From Cyanobacteria bacterium P01_D01_bin.156 (lineage in GTDB: Bacteria; Cyanobacteriota; Cyanobacteriia; Phormidesmidales; Phormidesmidaceae), in assembly GCA_039024555.1 (NCBI GenBank), contig JBCCQQ010000018.1:37921-101920 (forward strand): 64,000 nucleotides of DNA, given 5' to 3'. The notes under the pieces were generated by a model. That model was given only the letters and a program-made list of their open reading frames with translations. It was not told the DNA's origin and made no database searches. Position numbers and translations under genes: made by a program. Below, piece after piece: positions 20,313-30,680 of this stretch (position 1 is the stretch's first letter; each line of letters begins with the position of its first letter).

Positions 20313-21434
20313 CTAGCGAATGTATTCCTTGAGAACGCTATTGCGATTAGGATGGCGTAGCTTACGTAGCGCCTTAGCCTCAATCTGACGAATCCTTTCA
20401 CGAGTGACGTTAAATATCTGCCCGATTTCCTCCAGCGTTTTCATCCGGCCATCATCTAAGCCGTAACGTAAACGTAGAACATCACGCTCACGAGGGCTAA
20501 GAGTACTCAAAACACCCTCTAAATCCTCTCTCAAAAGACTCTTAGAAACTTCGTCTTCAGGGGTTTCACCATCGGACTCGATGAAGTCTCCTAAACGAGA
20601 ATCTTCTTCCTTACCAATGGGTGTTTCCAAGGAAATAGGCAACTGAGCCGATTTTGCAATAAACCGTAGCTTCTCAATGGTCATCTCCATCCGAGTAGCA
20701 ATCTCTTCTTCTGTCGGTTTACGACCTAACTCTTGAGACAGAAGCTTTGTAGTTTTCTTAATGCGAGAAATAGTTTCGTACAAGTGTACTGGTAGACGGA
20801 TTGTGCGAGACTGATCGGCAATGGCACGAGTGATAGCCTGTCGAATCCACCAAGTAGCGTAAGTAGAAAACTTGTAACCCTTCTCGTGGTCAAACTTCTC
20901 AGCAGCACGAATGAGCCCAAGACTTCCCTCCTGAATTAAATCTTGGAAAGATAGCCCACGATTCATATACTTTTTCGCGATGGAAACAACTAATCGAAGA
21001 TTAGACTGAACCATTTTGTCCTTGGCCCGACGACCAAGATACAAACGTCTACGAAACGCTGGGAGCGGCATTTCAACGGCTGCAGCCCATGCTGCATCAT
21101 CCGGCTCATCATCCATGCCATCACACAAATCGTCACGAATGCGCTCAAGCTCTAACAGGTCAGCAATTTTGCGCGCAAGTTCGATTTCCTCTTCAGCACG
21201 CAACAGACGAATTCGCCCAATCTCTTGCAAGTACAAACGAATAGAGTCTTCAGTATAGTGCTTCTTCTTAGTCTGAGATGCACTACTACGACGGCGAGAT
21301 GTGCTTTTAGCAGCTTTACTACCCTGTTCCTCTTCTTCGGAACTCGAAAAAGCTTTCCCAGCCTCAGGATCGATTAGCGAATCCAGCTCATTTCTGGGAC
21401 TCAAGTCCTCAAGAACAGTATTTGCTTGGGTCAT
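20313..21434 (-). CDS. sigA: Principal RNA polymerase sigma factor (group 1)
   Basis: [59 protein letters not shown]. Confidence 0.96.
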   Translation of the reverse strand: MTQANTVLEDLSPRNELDSLIDPEAGKAFSSSEEEEQGSKAAKSTSRRRSSASQTKKKHYTEDSIRLYLQEIGRIRLLRAEEEIELARKIADLLELERIRDDLCDGMDDEPDDAAWAAAVEMPLPAFRRRLYLGRRAKDKMVQSNLRLVVSIAKKYMNRGLSFQDLIQEGSLGLIRAAEKFDHEKGYKFSTYATWWIRQAITRAIADQSRTIRLPVHLYETISRIKKTTKLLSQELGRKPTEEEIATRMEMTIEKLRFIAKSAQLPISLETPIGKEEDSRLGDFIESDGETPEDEVSKSLLREDLEGVLSTLSPRERDVLRLRYGLDDGRMKTLEEIGQIFNVTRERIRQIEAKALRKLRHPNRNSVLKEYIR

Positions 21435-21918
21435 GCCGCTTTCCTCGTATTCCTTTCAAACTTCAACAGATCAAGATATTGAACTAGCCAAACCATCAGC
21501 GCTCATAGAACCCCAGGACGCAAAAGACAAATCGCACCAATCTGAGGACAATCAAGTCAACACTGATAATAAAAAAAGCTGGTTCAATAAAAGAATGAAA
21601 CAAACAGACAACCTAAATCTCGTCGCTTATAAAGGTGTAGACTCGCCAACATACTGAACAAAAGGCTTCTTGTCAGCAAAAAGATAATTACGACTACTAC
21701 CAGTGTAAGGACATGAAACTCGTAACCTCATCTGTCCGTGTTTCTACAGTAGTAACACGCTTTCAAGGAAAACGGCCAGAGGTTTTGCTGTCAGTTGTCA
21801 TAATTCCATAGCTTTTATCGAACAATCATCAACGGTAGCCCTTTATCCACAAGGGTTACAGAAGTGTATCAATGCACACATAAATATTGCCTATCAAAAC
21901 ATAAATAAAATATAAAAA

Positions 21919-22302
21919 TTATTTCTGTGCGGTTGTTGATTCTGATGGTTGCCAGTGAGTTGAGCTATCCTTCGCAGATGTTGTGAGTAAATACTCAGCC
22001 TCTGGTTTTCCTGAGACTGATGTAGGGCGCGTTTGGAACTTCAGATTGAGCCACAAATTGCAATCCTGCTCATTGCAAGTAATGATTATGTCGGCCCCGC
22101 TTTGAGTAAGCTGGGCAGCCTGCTGGTAGAGTTGTTGTCTCTGCCCATAGTTTACGATTCGAACCTGCTGAAAAAGGTCCGAATCATATTGCATACCTTC
22201 ATGCAGAGCTTGATTGAACCAGAACTTAAACGTTCGAATCTGCTGAAATTTGAAAGCTATAGACACTCGGGATACTTGATAGTGAACTCCGATAGCAGCC
22301 AC
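21919..22302 (-). CDS. Hypothetical protein
   Basis: 127-aa ORF co-oriented with neighbours; FKFWF...EGM...LWLNL pattern resembles small cyanobacterial hypotheticals. Confidence 0.55.
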   Translation of the reverse strand: MAAIGVHYQVSRVSIAFKFQQIRTFKFWFNQALHEGMQYDSDLFQQVRIVNYGQRQQLYQQAAQLTQSGADIIITCNEQDCNLWLNLKFQTRPTSVSGKPEAEYLLTTSAKDSSTHWQPSESTTAQK

Positions 22303-22411
22303 AACAAAAGTTTTGAAGCTTATGCCCAGTGATGGCTACTTAGATTAGACAAGGTAGCTACGCGTTATTGCTTTAAGGTCACAGCTGAATTCTGCAAAAC
22401 TAGCTATAACT

Positions 22412-22798
22412 CTATTTGATATCGGTCTTAGCTACTGCTGATTCTACAACAAGATGAAAAATATCTTGGGTCAGGGGTTCTACTAGAAACCCATCGATTC
22501 CCGGATGATCTTCCTGAGGTGACCAACTAGGTTCATGGGACTGGGTTAAGGCAATAATAGTGGTTTTCAGGGGCTTTACAGTTTCCCTGAGTCGGTCGAC
22601 TAGAGCTGGAGCCCAATTTTTATGTGCACCCGATAGGATGACTAAATATGGAGTGCCTTGTTCGATACGTGCAACGGCCTGATCGGCAGAATGCGCAACA
22701 AATATATCACTCTTAAGGGGAAGCGAGAGAGATTGAATCATGAGGTTCGCATTATTATGCGAGCCGAGTAAGAGGATATACCCACTTGAGCTGTTCAT
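22412..22798 (-). CDS. Stand-alone receiver-like (pseudo-receiver) protein
   Basis: Receiver fold pattern (ILLL, PYLVIL, IIALT, GIDGFLVEP) without the canonical acidic and Lys residues. Confidence 0.7.
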   Translation of the reverse strand: MNSSSGYILLLGSHNNANLMIQSLSLPLKSDIFVAHSADQAVARIEQGTPYLVILSGAHKNWAPALVDRLRETVKPLKTTIIALTQSHEPSWSPQEDHPGIDGFLVEPLTQDIFHLVVESAVAKTDIK

Positions 22799-22997
22799 AT
22801 GTCATTACCATTTATAAGACCTATTCCAGCACTCTAAGTTTATGGAGCAATTCTTTCTTGAAGGGAAGTATGCAAGGTATCGAAAGGCTTCTTATGGTGA
22901 GTTATTAAAGTTGTGGACTACTACATACAATTTAATAAAATGCAAGACCTGATTGAAATGTAGCTAGGTGCTCGAAAATTATAAGGATGGGCCTTGG

Positions 22998-23720
22998 CTA
23001 TGGAGCTAGCCGTGCTTTTTTGAGTCGATGGGTTTCATACCAATCTGCGATCGCAGGGACCCAAGCTTGAAAATGAGGCCAAATCACTTCACAAAGCTTT
23101 TGGGCTTCCAGCTGGGCATCAGCTTTCCAGCGTAAGTCCAGTAAATGCATTAATGAGCGTACATTGGCTGACATTACCCAATGTTGTCGGACATCAAAGG
23201 GAATCAGCCCCCGGGCATGTTCTTCAGAAAAACCTTGTTCGATGCGGGTTTTATATCGTTTGCATGCCTCTAGGCACCAGGCAATATCCTGTTGGCGGAC
23301 ATCGTCGGTGTAGGTGTATTTTTTCCCCTGTCGGTCAGCATAGTCGCCAACGGGACGAAGGTAGAACACCTCTTCTACATCGCGATTGCCTGCTATGACA
23401 TCCAGAATACGAGAGCCCGTGTAGCGGAAGGACTGAACATCAAAGGATATGCCGACACGATGGGTGCGAATCTGCTGCATGGTGGAATGGGGGAGCCAGC
23501 CACAATTTAAGACGATTTGTGGATGTTCTAAGGGGCCATAGTGGCCACGCCCTCCCTTGAGTAAATTTCGAATTATTAAGTCGCCACACGCTTCCTCAGA
23601 TGGCCAATTTTGGCGCTCGTTCCAGACAAATCCTTCGGCGTAGTCCTGGTGCATTGCACCATAAATGGTTTGCTGAGGATTGGGTGTTTGGGAAATGACT
23701 TCGACGGTGAACCGTTGCAT
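22998..23720 (-). CDS. thyX: Flavin-dependent thymidylate synthase
   Basis: GHYGPLEH, QQIRTHRVGISFDVQSFRY, EEHARGLIP, NVRSLMHLLDLR, AQLEAQ. Confidence 0.93.
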   Translation of the reverse strand: MQRFTVEVISQTPNPQQTIYGAMHQDYAEGFVWNERQNWPSEEACGDLIIRNLLKGGRGHYGPLEHPQIVLNCGWLPHSTMQQIRTHRVGISFDVQSFRYTGSRILDVIAGNRDVEEVFYLRPVGDYADRQGKKYTYTDDVRQQDIAWCLEACKRYKTRIEQGFSEEHARGLIPFDVRQHWVMSANVRSLMHLLDLRWKADAQLEAQKLCEVIWPHFQAWVPAIADWYETHRLKKARLAP

Positions 23721-23889
23721 GGGCAATTGCTAAAGAGGAATCAAGTGGTTCGTAGTTCTTGCACACGCCCACTAAGACTAGACCGATATAGTCTATCGAG
23801 AGAAAAGCAGCAGCTCAAGTAAATCTATCGGAACCTGTAGTTTCCTGAAACTAAGTGACAAATACGTACTGGATTGTGGGTTGGTGACT

Positions 23890-25356
23890 TCACTGTGGCT
23901 CACGTTTGAGTTTCTGCTGAAGTTCATCTTTAATCCGAGCCATAATTGATGCTTCGTCCAAATCATCGATGATCTTGGCGATAGTTGCTTTGGGTCCTTG
24001 TTCTCCCCAGCTGGCTCCATTAATCAGATAAGTGCGAGTAACTTGACCGATGGTATAGGTGGCAACTCCAGCAACGGCTGCCTGGGTCAGGGCTACGGAT
24101 ACATAGGGGGCTGCGCTCAATCCCCCTGTGGCTAAGCCAGCAGCGCCTAAAATACTTTTGAGGGAACTCAAGCCTAACGTGATGAGTAATTCACTGATGG
24201 AAAGGCTGCCAGTCGCGATCGCAATGGTTTTCAGTAACTGTAGTGATTCCTTCTGGCTCATGGGTAAGCCATATAGATGCGATAAGCCCACCACTAATCC
24301 TGCATCCACTGCGACACCTCCGAGCACATCTGCCACTAGCAGAGGATTTATCGCTACGGCCACCGATTTTGTTAAGGCGGTCTGCCAAATCAGATCATCG
24401 GCACGACGCTGACGAATTTCCAATTTACGATTAACCAGTTTGGTTTGCATCTCATCCATATATAGGAGAGTATTCAGGGCAATTAGCGCTTTGCCTTCCC
24501 GCTCTAGCACATCTAAAATTTTGAGCTTTAATGCGTCTACATTTGGCTTACCGCGTTGACGTGTGCGTTTGCCGTGAACAAGGATCGTTTGCAGAGGTGC
24601 AGATGCTGTTAGCAGCACATCCTCCGGCAATATGTTTAAGGAGATGACCCGTTGGCGAATAGTTTCTAGAAGTAACGTTTGTTCGCTTGGGGCGTATTGA
24701 TCGACCTTATTTAATATCAGCAAAATAGGTTTGCCCATCTGACGTAGCCAACCTAAGGCGTCATATTCTAGCTGGGTCAAATCTGCAGCAACCACAAATA
24801 GAATCAGATCGCTTTGCCGAGCCACCCGTTCTGCTAATTGTTGACGTTGCTCTCCGCCTATTTCATCAATACCTGGTGTATCAATGAGTTCTACTCCTGC
24901 ATAGGCGCTTTGTTCTGATGGGGCGGAGTTTTGTTTTCCTGCCAATAGCACGCGCTGCATAGGAGCGTCTTCTGGCTCGGGCCCTGGAGCGTTCAAGCGC
25001 TGCCAATTCACGCTCGCCACACTTTGGGTGACTCCATGGAGGGGACCAGTGATAAAAATTGGCTGTCCTACTAAGGCATTCAGTAGAGATGACTTGCCGC
25101 GTCCGACCATGCCGAAAACGGCTAGATGCACTGTCCCTTGATCCAGCTTTTTTTGCAAACCAAGTAAATTATCGATTTCAGGCTGGAGCCCCTGCCGCTC
25201 ACGCGGAGTGAGATCTAATCCATCGATGATATGCTGTAAGCTCGCTTGAGCTTGACCGAGGTCTGTTTGTGAGTGCTCAGGCTGACTATCTATCGGAGCA
25301 TTCTCCTGATGAGCTGCCAATGGGGAGGAGTCAGGTGAGGGGGGCACTGCGGTCAA
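23890..25356 (-). CDS. Era-like GTPase with DUF697 domain
   Basis: GMVGRGKSS (G1), DTPG (G3), NKVD (G4); hydrophobic C-terminal region. Confidence 0.85.
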   Translation of the reverse strand: MTAVPPSPDSSPLAAHQENAPIDSQPEHSQTDLGQAQASLQHIIDGLDLTPRERQGLQPEIDNLLGLQKKLDQGTVHLAVFGMVGRGKSSLLNALVGQPIFITGPLHGVTQSVASVNWQRLNAPGPEPEDAPMQRVLLAGKQNSAPSEQSAYAGVELIDTPGIDEIGGEQRQQLAERVARQSDLILFVVAADLTQLEYDALGWLRQMGKPILLILNKVDQYAPSEQTLLLETIRQRVISLNILPEDVLLTASAPLQTILVHGKRTRQRGKPNVDALKLKILDVLEREGKALIALNTLLYMDEMQTKLVNRKLEIRQRRADDLIWQTALTKSVAVAINPLLVADVLGGVAVDAGLVVGLSHLYGLPMSQKESLQLLKTIAIATGSLSISELLITLGLSSLKSILGAAGLATGGLSAAPYVSVALTQAAVAGVATYTIGQVTRTYLINGASWGEQGPKATIAKIIDDLDEASIMARIKDELQQKLKREPQ

Positions 25357-25598
25357 TTCACATGTATTACTTATTCATTAGTGTAGGTGTTGTAACCTTA
25401 GCTTACTAATATCCTTGAGAAACTTTTGAGTCACTGTAAAACATAGATGCGAGAATACTATCTGGATATAGCAAGCTGCTTAGTAATCGGTCAGTAGTGT
25501 CACCCATAGTGCTCACGCTAAAATGTTAGCGATTGTTTGTGAGCTATGTGTGCAGAGCTATATTCCATTGCACCAGTCGTCAATGTTGCTGCCGCTAC

Positions 25599-26054
25599 AT
25601 GGATTTTGAAAGTTCAGCTCAGAAAACCTGCTACGAACGCATTGCCCCTTGGATGGATGAGTTATTTGGGGAGGCAACGGTAGCTTTTGAAGATGAACCG
25701 TTATTTATTATTACGATTGGTTCAGCGGTAGCTTCTACGCGGGTTGTCCCGTGGGGGGATAATGAGGCGCTAATTACGACTCGATCTTATGTTGTTACGG
25801 ATATTGATGCTACATCGGAGCTGACTTACTACTTACTGAGGGCCAATGACAACATCTTATTTGGTCGCTTTGCCCTCGACAGTGAGGACGATATTGTTTT
25901 TGAACATAGCCTAGTTGGGTCGACCTGCGATCGCATTGAACTTAAGCACTCGGTAACCACTGTTGTTCGCCTTGCTGATGACTATGATGATGAAATTGTG
26001 GCTCGCTGGGGTGGGAAGCGTGCTTTAGATCGTTGGGCTTCGCCTGGTAGTTAG
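25599..26054 (+). CDS. YbjN / type-III-chaperone-like domain protein
   Basis: Acidic ~150 aa; YLLRAN...FGRFALD...ADDYDDEIVARWGG; start placed at MDFESS. Confidence 0.75.
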   Translation: MDFESSAQKTCYERIAPWMDELFGEATVAFEDEPLFIITIGSAVASTRVVPWGDNEALITTRSYVVTDIDATSELTYYLLRANDNILFGRFALDSEDDIVFEHSLVGSTCDRIELKHSVTTVVRLADDYDDEIVARWGGKRALDRWASPGS

Positions 26055-26078
26055 TGTCTAAAGCAATGAATTCAGATA

Positions 26079-26118
26079 GTAAAAAAGCATGTTCAGTATA
26101 CTGAACATGCTTTTTTAC
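26079..26118. terminator. Perfect 40-bp palindrome, bidirectional terminator between convergent genes
   Basis: GTAAAAAAGCATGTTCAGTA|TACTGAACATGCTTTTTTAC. Confidence 0.85.
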
Positions 26119-26136
26119 CAAAGATGACTGTTTGAT

Positions 26137-27519
26137 CTAGTGACCTACACCAGAGTAGGTAAAGCCAGCTTCCTCTAGGGTCTTGCGATCAAGGAAATTA
26201 CGGCCATCAATCATGTTAGGAGTATTCATCAACGTTGCCATCTTGGTGTAATCCAGTTCCTTAAACTGTTTCCAGTCAGTCACCAGTACCAGTGCATCAC
26301 AGCCGTCAGCCAAACGTTCTACATCCGTTTCCACAATCACGCCAGTCATGCCGTCACGCATGCCACTTTGGGACACGATGGGATCGTAGGCTTTGACTTT
26401 CGCGCCTAAACGATTCAGATGCTCAATCAAAATTAGAGAGGGGGCATCACGCATATCATCGGTATCGGGCTTAAAGGTTAGACCCAATAGACCAACGGTC
26501 TTACCCTTAAGAATTTTCAGCATCTGCTGTAATTTCTCTAGGGAAAGCAGCCGCTGCCGTGTGTTGACATCAATGGTGGCGCGCAGTAGCTGGGCTTCGT
26601 AACCGTAGTCATCAGCAGTGTGCAGCAACGCTGAAACATCTTTCGGAAAACAGGAGCCACCCCAGCCGATACCAGCCTGTAAGAACTTGCTGCCGATGCG
26701 GGAATCCAAACCGATACCCTGAGATACTTGAACCACATCAGCACCAACGCGATCGCAGATGTTAGCAACTTCATTAATAAAGCTAATCTTAGTTGCCAAA
26801 AATGCGTTTGAGGCATACTTCACCATCTCAGCTGAGCTTAAATCGGTAACCAAGATGGGTACTTGTGGAGCCTCCTTATCTTCAGCAAACTGACGTTCCA
26901 CAATGGGCTCATACAGTTCCTTCATCATAGCGATAGCCTTAGGGTTGCTCCCACCCAGCACAATCCGATCAGGATTGAAGGTGTCGTAAACCGCTGAACC
27001 TTCACGCAAAAACTCAGGGTTGCTGACCACGTCAAACATAGGAGCTTCCGGCTTGTTGGACACAGGCGCACCTGCACCAACAGGAACCTGCTGGCGCTCA
27101 GCAATTCCATCCATGACAATCATGCGGACCCAGTCACCAGAGCCAATAGGCACAGTGGATTTGTTTACAATCACCTTGTATCCACCGTTGAGGTGCTCAC
27201 CGATACCGCGGGCAACGGCTTCAACATAGCGAGTATCACTTTCACCAGTCGGTAAAGGAGGGGTTCCTACTGCAATAAATAGGATGTCACCATGGGACAC
27301 CCCTGCAGCTAAATCAGAAGAAAATGACAGACGTCCTGCTTCCATAGAGGACTTCATAAGTTCTGACAGCCCTGGCTCGAAGATAGGGGACTGCCCTGAC
27401 TGCATCAGTTTGACTTTTTCTTCGTTATTGTCAATACAGATGACGTCATGGCCAATGTGAGAAAGACTCACCCCTGTAACTAGACCTACATAGCCGGTAC
27501 CTATAACACAAACACGCAT
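26137..27519 (-). CDS. ugd: UDP-glucose 6-dehydrogenase
   Basis: GTGYVG, KSTVP, NPEFLREG, KYASNAFLA, GGSCFPKD. Confidence 0.96.
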   Translation of the reverse strand: MRVCVIGTGYVGLVTGVSLSHIGHDVICIDNNEEKVKLMQSGQSPIFEPGLSELMKSSMEAGRLSFSSDLAAGVSHGDILFIAVGTPPLPTGESDTRYVEAVARGIGEHLNGGYKVIVNKSTVPIGSGDWVRMIVMDGIAERQQVPVGAGAPVSNKPEAPMFDVVSNPEFLREGSAVYDTFNPDRIVLGGSNPKAIAMMKELYEPIVERQFAEDKEAPQVPILVTDLSSAEMVKYASNAFLATKISFINEVANICDRVGADVVQVSQGIGLDSRIGSKFLQAGIGWGGSCFPKDVSALLHTADDYGYEAQLLRATIDVNTRQRLLSLEKLQQMLKILKGKTVGLLGLTFKPDTDDMRDAPSLILIEHLNRLGAKVKAYDPIVSQSGMRDGMTGVIVETDVERLADGCDALVLVTDWKQFKELDYTKMATLMNTPNMIDGRNFLDRKTLEEAGFTYSGVGH

Positions 27520-27676
27520 GTAGAGACTCCTTAGATAAATATCTGAATTGGTTAAATTAAACTTAGATGACTTGATGAGTGCTCCAAATCTAGACCCCCT
27601 TCACCCTGAGAGTGCTAAACAAGGGGGCTTGAGTAACTTGCAGCGACGTTGACCAGCTGTCTCAAAAGACTATCAA

Positions 27677-28648
27677 CTAGGCTAATGGCTGCGGTGTTGC
27701 AGATGTTGCAACTTTGCCAGCGGCTGCCATGCGTGACTGAAAGTCTGCGATTGTCAACGTTAAGCCTTCACGGAGTGGGACTTTGGGCTCCCAATTCAAC
27801 ATAGACTTCGCTTTACTAATATCAGGTTGGCGACGCTGTGGATCGTCTTGAGGGAGAGGCTCATACTTCAGCTCTGCTGCAGGGTTTACCATCTCCTGAA
27901 TGGACTGAGCCAATTCTAGGATGGTGTACTCACCGGGGTTACCCAAGTTCATGGGGCCAATGTAGTCACCATTCATCAATCGGATAAAGCCCTCAACCAG
28001 GTCGGAGACATAGCAGAAACTCCGGGTTTGAGAACCATCGCCATATACGGTTAGCGGAATACCTTGCAGGGCTTGAACAATAAAGTTGCTAACGACACGA
28101 CCATCGTTTTCCAACATGCGGGGACCGTAGGTGTTAAAAATACGCACGACCCGAATATCAACATCGTTCTGGCGATGGTAGTCGAAGGCTAAGGTTTCAG
28201 CCACTCGCTTACCTTCGTCGTAGCAGCTACGAATACCAATAGTATTAACGCTGCCCCGATATTCTTCGGGCTGAGGATGTACCTCAGGATCACCATAGAC
28301 TTCAGAGGTCGATGCTAAGAAAAAGCGTGCTTTGACTCGCTTGGCTAAACCCAGCATATTGAGTGTACCCATCACGTTAGTTTTGATGGTTTTTACTGGG
28401 TTATATTGATAATGCACTGGAGAAGCTGGACAAGCTAAATGATAGATTTGATCAACTTCTAAGCGAATCGGTTCGGTAACGTCATGGCGAATTAGCTCAA
28501 AGTTTGGGTGATTCAACCACTGCAGAACATTTTGTTTACGACCTGTGTAGAAGTTATCTAAGCAAATTACCTCATGGTTATCTGCCATTAAGCGGTCAAT
28601 TAGGTGAGAGCCAATAAACCCAGCTCCACCGGTCACTAAAATTCGCAT
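27677..28648 (-). CDS. UDP-glucuronate decarboxylase (UDP-xylose synthase) family SDR
   Basis: [41 protein letters not shown]. Confidence 0.93.
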   Translation of the reverse strand: MRILVTGGAGFIGSHLIDRLMADNHEVICLDNFYTGRKQNVLQWLNHPNFELIRHDVTEPIRLEVDQIYHLACPASPVHYQYNPVKTIKTNVMGTLNMLGLAKRVKARFFLASTSEVYGDPEVHPQPEEYRGSVNTIGIRSCYDEGKRVAETLAFDYHRQNDVDIRVVRIFNTYGPRMLENDGRVVSNFIVQALQGIPLTVYGDGSQTRSFCYVSDLVEGFIRLMNGDYIGPMNLGNPGEYTILELAQSIQEMVNPAAELKYEPLPQDDPQRRQPDISKAKSMLNWEPKVPLREGLTLTIADFQSRMAAAGKVATSATPQPLA

Positions 28649-29006
28649 AACAATTTTGAACTAATAAGACACCAATATGAAAATGAGGGGAGCCACCTGT
28701 TTCCTAAGTATTTAGGGCCAGTACTCAATACCAGGCTAAATTAAGAAGACAAAAGAGTGGGATAACCCCTATATTGCCGCAAACATATTGCAGAAATTAT
28801 CTAAAGGCCAGAGTTTCTCATCGCTCCATTAACTAGACATGCTCTGGGTAAAAAAACTCTAATATTTGCAATGTACCAAAGTTTCCTGGTGTAACAGCTG
28901 GCTTCGATAGGCGTTTACTACAACTTCAAATCTTTTTTACAGGAATACCCAAAAAACGACTCCAGGTACCACCTGCTGAGCTCCTCTCTGGTCAAACTGG
29001 TAGGCG

Positions 29007-29432
29007 TTAGCTACGTTGAGCTAAGACGTCTAAATCGGCTTTAACCCAGTCGATGCCAGACTTTGCCCCCAGGCGATCATAAATCTCACTGGCAGTGATG
29101 AAGTCTGCCACTGCATTTTGCTTTTTGTCTAAATTGGCTTGGGCTCGTGCTCTGTTGTGAAAGCCTTCCGCTAGGCTCGGTTCGTGGTCAATGACTTTGG
29201 TAAAGCATTCCACGGCTCGACTAAAAGCGTGTTCCCGATAGGCTAATACGCCTTGATTGAACTTGTGACGAGCGTCTCCAGAGATAGGTATGGATAAATC
29301 TGTAATAGGTGTTGTAAATGGGATACGTTGTCCCAACGGCTTGAGTGTCGTAGCTGCGATCGCACCACCACCGATTCCTAGAATTGCCACAGCGAAAATT
29401 AGTACTACCCACGCATTACTAGAAATGTCCAT
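29007..29432 (-). CDS. Small membrane-anchored tetratricopeptide repeat protein
   Basis: N-terminal TM helix, two TPR-like helical pairs, strong RBS (AAGGAG) 6 nt upstream of ATG. Confidence 0.8.
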   Translation of the reverse strand: MDISSNAWVVLIFAVAILGIGGGAIAATTLKPLGQRIPFTTPITDLSIPISGDARHKFNQGVLAYREHAFSRAVECFTKVIDHEPSLAEGFHNRARAQANLDKKQNAVADFITASEIYDRLGAKSGIDWVKADLDVLAQRS

Positions 29433-29510
29433 AGATACTCCTTTGCAATAGCAGATATTGAATGAATGATATGCGTGATCGGCAAATCAAATTAGATGAA
29501 AGTCCTGTTT

Positions 29511-29650
29511 GGCATCAAAACCTATGAAAAGATTTTATGAAGTTCATAGGTCACATAAACAATCAGGTTACGCCCAACTGTATCCACCTGGTTGTCAAAG
29601 TCTTTGATGCTTCAGGGTTAAGCTCATACCTAACGACTAGGAGTCGTTAG
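29511..29650 (-). promoter_or_regulatory. Candidate structured 5' leader (riboswitch/attenuator-like) of the TPR gene
   Basis: Four stem-loops plus a terminator-like hairpin followed by UUUUG on the minus strand; an alternative long-range pairing covers the U-tract. Confidence 0.5.
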
Positions 29651-29816
29651 TGCTGCCCCCAACGCTTACACATATGAACCCATATCAAGTTCTAGATACT
29701 GTCTGGAATGTCACAAAAACTATGAGGTTCATTGCAGGCAGTGAGTTGGCAACAGGACGAACTGCCCGTGCAATTCATACAAACAGTTGACCTAAAGACC
29801 ATTCAGAGGATAGTTA

Positions 29817-30680
29817 ATGCCTGTAATGTTGTTTCCCGGCATGAACCCTTACTTGGAACACCCCGACCTTTGGCCAGAAATTCATCCGCGATTTGTGACT
29901 GCATTGGCCAACTTATTGAAAAAAGCAGTTTCTGAGCGGTATGACGTGATCATTCGCAAACGAGTTTACCGTGTTAGCGGTGAAGATAGTTTGGTCGTAG
30001 GGCATTCGATTCAAGAGTCCCGTACCGTCTCTTGTGGGACTACTACGCAGCCGCATATAAGGAGTAGTCCACAGCAAACTATCCCGACATATATTGCTGT
30101 TCCTCAGACTATTCAGGAAGACTATATCGAAATTGTGGATCGTCAGATTGGGACGACGGTAACTATCGTTGAAACCCTCACACCCCAAAAAAAACGCCCC
30201 GGTCGAGGCCGTGATAACTACGAACAGAGATGTGAAGCTATTTTTGGGGGAGACGCCCACTTTGTTGAAATTGATCTACTGCGAGGTTGGGAGCCTATTT
30301 CTGCCTATGGTCCTAGCAATATTGACTATCGTGTCTTGGTCAGTCGCAGCGATCAGCGTCCGAAGGCTGAAATGTATGCCTGGCAAGTCAATGCCCCTAT
30401 GCCACTGCTGACTTTGCCGATTAGTCGGGGTCAAGATGGAGAAAATGCTCAAGCGCAGTGCACGGTCAATCTAAAACACGCTTTAGACGAGGCCTGTGTG
30501 AATTCCAACCATGACTTTTTCATTAACTATCAGCGAGATCCCATTCCCCCATTGCCTCCAGATACTAAGCAATGGTTAGACAACTTACTGGGGCAAGCTG
30601 GGTTACGTCAATCGAGTCATATCACAAACCGATATGATGAAGGAAATCTTCAAAAGCGTAGCGTACATCTGCAGGCATGA
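29817..30680 (+). CDS. DUF4058 family protein
   Basis: FPGMNPYLEHPDLWPEIH, VEIDLLRG, DYRVLVSR motifs. Confidence 0.8.
   Translation: MPVMLFPGMNPYLEHPDLWPEIHPRFVTALANLLKKAVSERYDVIIRKRVYRVSGEDSLVVGHSIQESRTVSCGTTTQPHIRSSPQQTIPTYIAVPQTIQEDYIEIVDRQIGTTVTIVETLTPQKKRPGRGRDNYEQRCEAIFGGDAHFVEIDLLRGWEPISAYGPSNIDYRVLVSRSDQRPKAEMYAWQVNAPMPLLTLPISRGQDGENAQAQCTVNLKHALDEACVNSNHDFFINYQRDPIPPLPPDTKQWLDNLLGQAGLRQSSHITNRYDEGNLQKRSVHLQA

Noticed and set aside
21843..21851. Perfect DnaA box TTATCCACA upstream of sigA, suggesting oriC
   Set aside because: Only a single copy seen, no dnaA/dnaN or box cluster; it lies in the loop of an imperfect GTAGCCCTT/AAGGGTTAC palindrome.
22998..23720. Intein or intron in thyX
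   Set aside because: Length (about 240 aa) is normal and motifs are contiguous.
25391..25406. NtcA-like site TGTAACCTTAGCTTAC
   Set aside because: Spacer is 9 nt rather than 8.
26137..28648. Horizontally acquired polysaccharide island around ugd and the UDP-glucuronate decarboxylase
   Set aside because: Only the usual two-gene pair; no glycosyltransferases or exporters, and ugd contains a HIP1 site like the host backbone.
29561..29620. ykkC/guanidine-I riboswitch on the plus strand (CAGGTTACG...CTGGTTGTC loosely resembles AGGGTTCCG...CTGGTCCGAG)
   Set aside because: The conserved 3' stem (CGGCGGGA-AAAAGCCCG) is absent, and the terminator orientation favours the minus strand.
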